64,000 nucleotides of DNA from a virus. Its lineage: Duplodnaviria > Caudoviricetes. The notes beneath the pieces were generated by a model, which was not told the origin of the DNA, did no database searches, and saw only the letters and a list, made by a program, of their open reading frames with translations. A program made the position numbers and the translations under genes. Positions 1 through 7,112 of the stretch are shown here, piece after piece. The stretch is from IMG/VR virus record IMGVR_UViG_3300025401_000012. One strand, written 5' to 3'. The number at the start of each line of letters is the position of its first letter. Positions within the stretch are counted from its first letter, which is position 1.

Positions 1-96
1 TACTACAAATAATGTAAACATACCATGGCAAATGGTATGCTCAACTTCGTAGCCTGTAAAAAATGTAATGTCTTGTCTTTTATTTGTGTCTAGCAT
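1..96 (-). CDS. Hypothetical phage protein, N-terminal 32 codons only (runs off the window edge)
   Basis: Manual translation MLDTNKRQDITFFTGYEVEHTICHGMFTLFVV from ATG at 96, open to position 1; lies directly behind a consensus promoter; not in the ORF track. Confidence 0.7.
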   Translation of the reverse strand, partial: MLDTNKRQDITFFTGYEVEHTICHGMFTLFVV

Positions 97-102
97 AATG
101 AT

Positions 103-131
103 ATTGTATAGGGTTAAATGGTTAAAGTCAA
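103..131 (-). promoter_or_regulatory. sigma70-type promoter TTGACT-17-TACAAT
   Basis: -35 at 131-126, -10 at 108-103, 17-bp spacer; the ATG at 96 is 7 nt downstream of the -10 box. Confidence 0.7.
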
Positions 132-1669
132 TGATTTTTATAAATTTTCTTTTTCAAAAATTCCAAATTAGATGGAAGTGTTTTGGTATAATTGTCAATT
201 ATGGTTTTTCTCTTTTTCCATTCTTGGACAATATGTTTTAAAAATTCATAATTGATTTGATTTCGATCTTTTAATTGTTGTATCTTTAGATCAGATAACG
301 GGTTATATCCCATGCCAGATAAAATTCTAATATTAAAACTAAGCTGATTTGAATGTAAATCTAAATCAGTTGATAAATTTTTAAATTCGGTAGAATCTTC
401 TAAGTAGTCGATTTCTTCTGTCACATATTTCCAATAGTCGCTATCTTTTCTTTTGGAAAATGCATAATGTGCCGAAACAAAATCTCTCCAGCTATATAAT
501 TCTTGTTTCGATTGATTATTGAATATATCCTTGTCTATAGTATTGATAAAACAATCTTTTACTGACAATAAAGATATTGCTCTCATAATGTTGTTATGAG
601 TTACCATTAAACCTGTAGATCTTAATGGTTCTAAAAAACCAGAAGTTAGTCCTATAGCAAGCACATTCTTATACCATGATTTTTTTCTTACTCCGGGTTT
701 AAAACTAATAAATCTTGGTTCGATATTATCGGCTCGGTCCCCATATGTGATGCGTAATCCTTCTTTGAATTCTTGTAATGCTGTTTCGTCGTCGACAAAT
801 TTGCTAGAAAAAACATAACCAGCCCCAATTCTATCCCATACTGGGATATTCCATAACCAGCCATTTTTTAATGTTGTACAATCTGTCCACGAGTTTAATT
901 CTGTTTCTTTATCAACATACGGAATATTAGTAGCTATAGCTCTATCATTTATTAATTTGTTAGAAAAACTTTCAAAAGGAACTTCTAGTGTTTTTTCTAT
1001 TAAAGTAGCTTCAAACCCAGTGCAGTCAATGTATAAGTCGGACTTTAATGTACCATTATTTTTTGTAATAATACAATCTATTTCTCCTATACCATTTGTA
1101 CGACATTCTATTACATCGTCTTCTAAATGAATAACTCCGTTTGGTAATGCTACTTTTTCTTTTAATGTTAAACCAAATTTATAAGCATCCATATGATAGG
1201 CTTTATCGTATTTGAAATTCCAATTAAGGACATCGTTACGATCGGTTAGTTTATTCTGCACAATCATTTCGTGGGTATCGTCGAAATATTTAGAAAATTC
1301 AGTAATATCTATATCGGGATATATCTTTGATACTAAAAAGAAATCTACAGGGCTAAAGTTTTCTACTGAAGATGCTTCTGGTTTTAATACATCGTAATAA
1401 GATGATGATTCGCTTAAAAAATTTGTAAATTTAATAGATGTTTTGTAAGTAGCATTAGCCTGAGGCATCCAGTCTTCGTCTTCTATATCAAGCATTTCTA
1501 AATAATGATTAATTGTTGCTAGTGACGACTCGCCTACACCCATGATAGAAACATTTTTAGATTCTACTAATGTAATTTTTAACTGAGGAAATATTTTTGA
1601 AAACGCAGCTGCTGTCATCCATCCCGATGACCCGCCACCGACTATAGTAACTGAATTAATTTTTGACAT
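128..1669 (-). CDS. Tryptophan halogenase-like flavin-dependent enzyme (PrnA/RebH family)
   Basis: GGGSSG FAD motif, GVGES, ATYKxxIKF, IDCTGF, WxWxIP (WLWNIP), FLEPLxSTG. Confidence 0.85.
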   Translation of the reverse strand: MSKINSVTIVGGGSSGWMTAAAFSKIFPQLKITLVESKNVSIMGVGESSLATINHYLEMLDIEDEDWMPQANATYKTSIKFTNFLSESSSYYDVLKPEASSVENFSPVDFFLVSKIYPDIDITEFSKYFDDTHEMIVQNKLTDRNDVLNWNFKYDKAYHMDAYKFGLTLKEKVALPNGVIHLEDDVIECRTNGIGEIDCIITKNNGTLKSDLYIDCTGFEATLIEKTLEVPFESFSNKLINDRAIATNIPYVDKETELNSWTDCTTLKNGWLWNIPVWDRIGAGYVFSSKFVDDETALQEFKEGLRITYGDRADNIEPRFISFKPGVRKKSWYKNVLAIGLTSGFLEPLRSTGLMVTHNNIMRAISLLSVKDCFINTIDKDIFNNQSKQELYSWRDFVSAHYAFSKRKDSDYWKYVTEEIDYLEDSTEFKNLSTDLDLHSNQLSFNIRILSGMGYNPLSDLKIQQLKDRNQINYEFLKHIVQEWKKRKTIIDNYTKTLPSNLEFLKKKIYKNH

Positions 1670-1672
1670 AGG

Positions 1673-2575
1673 TCACCATTTAATATACCCTCTGCTATAA
1701 CCATTTGGGCGATTAGCTCCGTCTACAAATGCTTGTTCCCATTCATTGGTTCGATCATAACTTTTAGTCCAGAAATTATCGACTTCTAAGTAACCGTTTT
1801 CAATAAAATACTTGGCCATTTGCATACAATCAATAAATTTTGGATTACGAGGACTAGGTTTAACAGTAGTAACAGCTTTCCAAAGTTGAGATTGTGCTTC
1901 TTGTTTACTAACAGCTTTACCTACACCGTCGATGATTAATGCATTGTTATTTAGGTTAATCTGTGTGCCTAATTCATAATTTCCACTAAGATCCACAACA
2001 ACATCATAATTTTCAATAGTACTAGATTGTAACCTACTACCCCATAGTTCTTTATTGCTATGTCCTAACACATCTACATGAAATATATAACCATTTAGTC
2101 GCATAGCATGATAAGCAACCCATGCAAGGAATCCGCTGCCGATGATCAACATACGTGTATTTTCACTACGACCTTGCCTGTCTAATAATTGTTCTTTAGC
2201 TTGATTAATAAGATTAAGCCCACATGCAACTGGTTCTAAGATATATTTAGGTTCAGCTTCTGGAACTATTACAAATTCTTCAATACGTACATTATAATAA
2301 TCGGCATACGCAGGTTCTCCGCGTGTTGCTACAATATCACCTACATTAGTTTTAGCAACCCCTATTCCTACTTTAGTTACTATACCTAGCCCTTCGTGAC
2401 CTTGCATGTGTAAGGGCAAAGGACCAAAATCTCCCATCATCATGTCAATATCACTACGACAAACGCCAGTCATTAGAGCTTTAACTTCAATCTCATATTG
2501 CCCAGGCTCTGGTTTATCGTATTCAACTTCTTCAAACCAACCTTGACCTGTTGTTTGTAAACATTTTATTTTCAT
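1673..2575 (-). CDS. Zinc-binding medium-chain dehydrogenase/reductase (alcohol/sugar dehydrogenase-like)
   Basis: GVCRSD and GHEGLG catalytic-Zn motifs, Rossmann IIGSGFLA; start moved to MKIKC (2575), which gives an ATGA overlap with the upstream stop. Confidence 0.8.
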   Translation of the reverse strand: MKIKCLQTTGQGWFEEVEYDKPEPGQYEIEVKALMTGVCRSDIDMMMGDFGPLPLHMQGHEGLGIVTKVGIGVAKTNVGDIVATRGEPAYADYYNVRIEEFVIVPEAEPKYILEPVACGLNLINQAKEQLLDRQGRSENTRMLIIGSGFLAWVAYHAMRLNGYIFHVDVLGHSNKELWGSRLQSSTIENYDVVVDLSGNYELGTQINLNNNALIIDGVGKAVSKQEAQSQLWKAVTTVKPSPRNPKFIDCMQMAKYFIENGYLEVDNFWTKSYDRTNEWEQAFVDGANRPNGYSRGYIKW

Positions 2576-3453
2576 AAATTTTCTATTTGTTCGTGAATCC
2601 ATGTGTCGATGTCGACTTGTTTAAGCCAAAACTCGTAATCGTCTATTCGATTAACAGCTTCTGCAATCATAGCTTGATATGCGTCTTCTGGACATAAACC
2701 TAGTTCAAATGATTCTAACGAACCATCTGGCATAGTAAACATGATAACTCTGCTATCAAAATCATTAGTACGCCAGTTTGCTAATAAATTCCATTTGTCA
2801 GTAAATGTCATATAACATTCATCATCCACATCATATGTACCGTTAGGGTTAACAATACCGTAATCTGTTTGAGTTAATTGTTCTAGTTTCCAATTTGTCT
2901 TTGTACCGCTACTAATGCGTATGTCTTTACGCCATGCAGGATTTAATGCAATATATAAACTTAACAAATGTGGCATTAAATCTCGACTAACTCCTCCAAA
3001 CGCATATTTTTTAGTAGTAAACCAAGTACCAGGGTTAGGAACACGATCCTTATTAAGCCATAATAGATCTACACTAGCTGATTTTGTAGCTAATTTTTTT
3101 AAATCGTCAATATTACTCCGCCACATATTGTTTTTAACCATCATAAATCGTGTTTGCGGAAACGCTTCAAGCAGTCTTTTCCATGTAGTACTATTTGCAA
3201 CTCCGGGTTTTTCGATAAAAACAATTTTGCTATAGGGCGCTAGTTTGGCTGCTAATTCAAAATGTGTAAAATTAGGTGTGCAAATATGTACAGTATCGAA
3301 CATACGGCATGCTACAATAGCAGAGTCAACAGTTTGAAAATCTGCATTTTTGCTAGGGTCTGTATCAACAGTAATAACACTGTGCCCGAGATTATGTAGT
3401 ACATCTACATATAATTGTCCAATGCCCATGCCAACAACAAGACTAGTTTTCAT
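2572..3453 (-). CDS. Gfo/Idh/MocA-family NAD(P)-dependent oxidoreductase
   Basis: N-terminal VVGMGIG Rossmann motif, ICTPNFTH, FIEKPG signature. Confidence 0.8.
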   Translation of the reverse strand: MKTSLVVGMGIGQLYVDVLHNLGHSVITVDTDPSKNADFQTVDSAIVACRMFDTVHICTPNFTHFELAAKLAPYSKIVFIEKPGVANSTTWKRLLEAFPQTRFMMVKNNMWRSNIDDLKKLATKSASVDLLWLNKDRVPNPGTWFTTKKYAFGGVSRDLMPHLLSLYIALNPAWRKDIRISSGTKTNWKLEQLTQTDYGIVNPNGTYDVDDECYMTFTDKWNLLANWRTNDFDSRVIMFTMPDGSLESFELGLCPEDAYQAMIAEAVNRIDDYEFWLKQVDIDTWIHEQIENL

Positions 3454-3703
3454 TGTTAAATTCCTTTCCTTCTTCCCAGTATTTGATCATACGATGTACA
3501 TCTTCCATACGTTCTTGAACAACTTCTGGAGCTGCATGCTCTAATTGCTTCATAGTATGATACGATGGGAAATGTCGTAAGCACCAACGAGCTTGCTCAC
3601 GTATTTCTTTTGGTATACGTGGAGTTTTTTGAGGATTAGTTAAATCCTGTAAAAATTCCTCCGTAAGAAGTACAGATCGAAATCTTTCGTCAGGTAATGT
3701 CAT
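3443..3703 (-). CDS. Hypothetical phage protein
   Basis: 86-aa ORF overlapping both neighbours in the operon. Confidence 0.7.
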   Translation of the reverse strand: MTLPDERFRSVLLTEEFLQDLTNPQKTPRIPKEIREQARWCLRHFPSYHTMKQLEHAAPEVVQERMEDVHRMIKYWEEGKEFNNEN

Positions 3704-5393
3704 GTATACTAGCCTCTAATTCATCTAGTTTATCGGAAACTTCGTCAGAAAATTCTTCTTGCTCTTCGGATTGTACACTATCTTCTCCTACTACTACAAA
3801 TAATTCGGAAAACTTACCACTTGAATTAACGGTTTTCTTTCCTGTGGCACCACGTGTTCCGGGAATAGCTTGCCAAAATTTATCATATTTGTCGATGATA
3901 GCAATAGCAGATGCACGATCAGGAGCACTAAAAATGTCATCTACTACATCTCTAAAATAAACTCGATTAAATTTTTCATCAACTAACATAGCTGGGCAAA
4001 GACCTGCATCATATTGACGATTAGCTTCTTGTACACTATTCAAATGTAACCAAACATTATGCCCCATCATAATAGCATAGGTAAAACTATCCCATGATGT
4101 CTTACCTACTTTGCCTATTTTATTTAGATCATTAGGGCCATATATGCAAATTTCATTAACTTTAACTCCGTCCATTAATGGACTAGTTGTGAAACTGTCA
4201 AAATGTTTATCTTGTACTACCACATCTTTGAAGAGACGAGTATCCTTGGAATATTTTTTGTTGTCGAGACTTGGGAGCATACGATAGAGCCATTTGCCCC
4301 TGTCTTTAATTTCTGTTTGGACATAGATTTGTCCGTTTGCTGTTGCGAGGAACGGTGAGGCGCAATCAAAAGAGATGGTAAAGTTTTCATTATGGTATTT
4401 CCTTACAGCACGTTGTATATCAGTTAATAATAATGCCCACTCTAATTTAGAGGTGCCCAAGAAGTGCATCCAATCCTGATGACCCTTTTCAAGAAGGCCA
4501 TCAAATTTCAATGCCACTAATCTACGTAGTACTAGGTCGACATCGCACATGTTTTGTCCGCCCATACCCCAACCATTAAACGGTTTATCGTATTTTTTAG
4601 GATCGCAAAAATCCTTCATTTGTTGATACCAATCTTCCGCCTGGTCGTGATTTTCACCTTGTAATACATTTAGGAATTTACAAGCACCTGTGCGATGCTT
4701 AATAAAATATTCGTTGTTGTATTTGGTAGCTGCAACAGCTTGTGGATAATTAGCAATACCACTATTTTTAGCACCAACTGGACTTCGTCCAACCCATGCT
4801 GGTACATCAAGCACCATACCGTAATCCATAAGAGCATCCATCCATGCTAGTACTTGTTCACGCTTTTTCTGTGCAGCATCTAGTTTTGCTTGATAAATTT
4901 TAACATGATCAATTTTAGTATACTTAGGATTACCATTTTTATCTGTCTTAGGATGTCCTGTTGGATGTAATTGCGGAACTAACTCAACACCTTTCGCAAT
5001 GGCTTCGGCCATTCGTTGTGCAACTACAGGTCCGTTAGGATCATTCCATTCACCTTCCCATACACCTTTACCAATTTGGAAACCTCCAGAGTCGCCTAAC
5101 ACCCAACTAGTACTACGATCTCTATTACGGAACATATCTTCGCTTGGATCTGGTTTAGATAAATCTAAATTAGCATGACCAGCCGAATACAAGCAATGAT
5201 CGTAGTAAAAAGCTGCGTTAGGATCTAAATAGTTCATAGCTTCAATACCCATGTGCCCAAAGCTAGCTGGGATACGAGCAGGATCTACATAATTACCAAA
5301 ACGTTGTTTACCGATATACGTGCTATAGAATCCAGAAGTAGCCGGCAAAAAATATGCGTAATCGTTTTGTGTTGCTGTTAAATTTTTATTCAA
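3690..5393 (-). CDS. tRNA-guanine transglycosylase (TGT)/DpdA-fold base-exchange enzyme
   Basis: TGT core motifs in the expected order: GDSGGFQ, VLDVP, VLQG, GMGG, HFLG, SFDCASP; no C-terminal CxCxxC zinc site; TTG start. Confidence 0.75.
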   Translation of the reverse strand: MNKNLTATQNDYAYFLPATSGFYSTYIGKQRFGNYVDPARIPASFGHMGIEAMNYLDPNAAFYYDHCLYSAGHANLDLSKPDPSEDMFRNRDRSTSWVLGDSGGFQIGKGVWEGEWNDPNGPVVAQRMAEAIAKGVELVPQLHPTGHPKTDKNGNPKYTKIDHVKIYQAKLDAAQKKREQVLAWMDALMDYGMVLDVPAWVGRSPVGAKNSGIANYPQAVAATKYNNEYFIKHRTGACKFLNVLQGENHDQAEDWYQQMKDFCDPKKYDKPFNGWGMGGQNMCDVDLVLRRLVALKFDGLLEKGHQDWMHFLGTSKLEWALLLTDIQRAVRKYHNENFTISFDCASPFLATANGQIYVQTEIKDRGKWLYRMLPSLDNKKYSKDTRLFKDVVVQDKHFDSFTTSPLMDGVKVNEICIYGPNDLNKIGKVGKTSWDSFTYAIMMGHNVWLHLNSVQEANRQYDAGLCPAMLVDEKFNRVYFRDVVDDIFSAPDRASAIAIIDKYDKFWQAIPGTRGATGKKTVNSSGKFSELFVVVGEDSVQSEEQEEFSDEVSDKLDELEASIHDIT

Positions 5394-5565
5394 TTTTACC
5401 CCACTTAATCTTTAACCATATACGTTCGTGACCGTAATGGATTGCAGTCAATATTAAATGAATTAATATTGCATCACTTAATCCGGTCCATATCGCCGTA
5501 ATCATTAGAGCAATGACCCTGTAAGTAATTGCTCTAACGATAGTTCTTTTATGGAGTTCGACCAT
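5386..5565 (-). CDS. Small DUF2061-like membrane protein (59 aa), missed by the ORF track
   Basis: Manual translation MVELHKRTIVRAITYRVIALMITAIWTGLSDAILIHLILTAIHYGHERIWLKIKWGKIE; TAATG overlap with the clamp stop; HKRxxxxAxxYR...HERIW..IKWG resembles DUF2061. Confidence 0.7.
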   Translation of the reverse strand: MVELHKRTIVRAITYRVIALMITAIWTGLSDAILIHLILTAIHYGHERIWLKIKWGKIE

Positions 5566-6296
5566 TACTTGCTTTGTGCTGGAAGAATATATTCGTACAC
5601 TGCAATACCGCTATCAACAGTGATATTCAATGCACCTGCATCTGCAATACGCATAGTAATATCGCCAGACAAATTCAAAATACTCTGAACAGCAGTAACT
5701 GGCCAAGACCATGTTGATTTTAATTTTCCATCGATTCCTGCCTGGAATACAAAATTACCAGCATGTGTAGTCGCATCTCCAAAACTAAAAATTAAATTAT
5801 TGTCTTTGGTAGTTACTTGGAATGTTGGTTCTTCACTGTGCGAAGCTGATTGAAATTTAAAACGTTGTACACTAGCCATAGCTGGCTTAAATTCAATATC
5901 CCAACTAGTGCCTTTAAACTTAACAGTTTTAAGTTTTTCGTTAATAATATCTTGATTCATAAAACGATAATCGTTTTCAAAATCACCAGCACCATTTTGA
6001 AAGTGTAATCCTGTTGGAATTTCTTCACCGTTGCGTTGTTGTTTTACAACATCAATTGTGAAATTTTCTTTGTACTCTGGGCATTTCAACAGAATGTCTA
6101 ACTTGTTTAAGTTAGGCATACCAAACGTGCCTTCAAGTGAGTCTACAGTTTCTTTAGTTTTAGCGTTAAGAATAACACTACGATCTTCTGCCATTGATTC
6201 AATTACCGCTCCTTTTTCATTAGCTGTAATTTTTACAATTGGTAAAAATCCTAAACTGTGTGTATGTGCTACTAGGTCTTGTAAAAAGTCTTTCAT
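5565..6296 (-). CDS. DNA polymerase sliding clamp (T4 gp45-like), putative
   Basis: ~243 aa beta-rich protein with C-terminal YEYILP, near the PolB gene and with a clamp loader in the same window; start at MKDFL behind a GGAG RBS. Confidence 0.65.
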   Translation of the reverse strand: MKDFLQDLVAHTHSLGFLPIVKITANEKGAVIESMAEDRSVILNAKTKETVDSLEGTFGMPNLNKLDILLKCPEYKENFTIDVVKQQRNGEEIPTGLHFQNGAGDFENDYRFMNQDIINEKLKTVKFKGTSWDIEFKPAMASVQRFKFQSASHSEEPTFQVTTKDNNLIFSFGDATTHAGNFVFQAGIDGKLKSTWSWPVTAVQSILNLSGDITMRIADAGALNITVDSGIAVYEYILPAQSK

Positions 6297-6314
6297 AATA
6301 TTCTCCATGTTTTT

Positions 6315-6343
6315 ATTATATAGGTTCTGCGTGACTATGTCAA
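6315..6343 (-). promoter_or_regulatory. sigma70-type promoter TTGACA-17-TATAAT (clamp/TGT operon)
   Basis: Perfect consensus: -35 at 6343-6338, -10 at 6320-6315. Confidence 0.85.
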
Positions 6344-7111
6344 TGTTTTTCTAATTTTCTTATTATATTTTATTGCCGATTCTACAAGTGTATGTGAAAT
6401 CTGCAAACTATCTGCATAGTGTACAAATGCATTTGTATCTTTAGGGAAACATGCTCCACCAAAACCACGACTACCGTCTGGACCGGGAACTTGCATATGA
6501 CTGTTACCTATGCGTTCGTCTAATTGTAATAATTCAACAATCTTGTTATAGTCTGCGCCATTCATTTGGCACATGTCATATAACTGATTGAAGAACGCTA
6601 CTTTGACACTTAGGAAACAATTGGTAGCATATTTGACCATACTTGCTTCTGTTAGTGTACAATGCTCGATCTTATTTAGGTTTTTAAGCGAGACAATGAA
6701 TAATTCTCTCCAAATATTTCCGGGATTACTTCCGCCTAAAATCATATACTCCTGATTAGCAAAATCTTCGTTGGCACTAACCGCACGTAAAAATTCTGGG
6801 CTATAGGCAATACTATGATTGGGGTAGTTTACAAGTAATCTTTCTAGATAGTTTGGCGGCACTGTTGATTTAAGTAATACCGGTATATGCACAGGAACAG
6901 TATCCATTACTTGATATATTTGATTTACATCGCAATCCCCTGTTTCAGTGCTCGGTGTTCCTACACAAATAATTACTCCTTCAGCATCCGGATAATCTTT
7001 TACTGTTTGTTCGCTTATCTTTGGATCAACAATATATACTATGTTATTTTTATCTATGGCATTAGCAACAGCCTTGCCTACAAATCCATATCCTGCAATT
7101 ATAATTTTCAT
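6335..7111 (-). CDS. UDP-glucose/GDP-mannose dehydrogenase-like protein lacking the C-terminal domain
   Basis: IAGYGFVG, ICVGTP, LKSTVPP, YSPEFL, catalytic GFGGACFPKD; only ~258 aa. Confidence 0.85.
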   Translation of the reverse strand: MKIIIAGYGFVGKAVANAIDKNNIVYIVDPKISEQTVKDYPDAEGVIICVGTPSTETGDCDVNQIYQVMDTVPVHIPVLLKSTVPPNYLERLLVNYPNHSIAYSPEFLRAVSANEDFANQEYMILGGSNPGNIWRELFIVSLKNLNKIEHCTLTEASMVKYATNCFLSVKVAFFNQLYDMCQMNGADYNKIVELLQLDERIGNSHMQVPGPDGSRGFGGACFPKDTNAFVHYADSLQISHTLVESAIKYNKKIRKTLT

Positions 7112-7112
7112 A

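Noticed and set aside
5505-5537. 10-bp inverted repeat TTAGAGCAAT/ATTGCTCTAA
   Set aside because: Inside the small ORF, with no U-tract or adjacent RBS; no function can be supported
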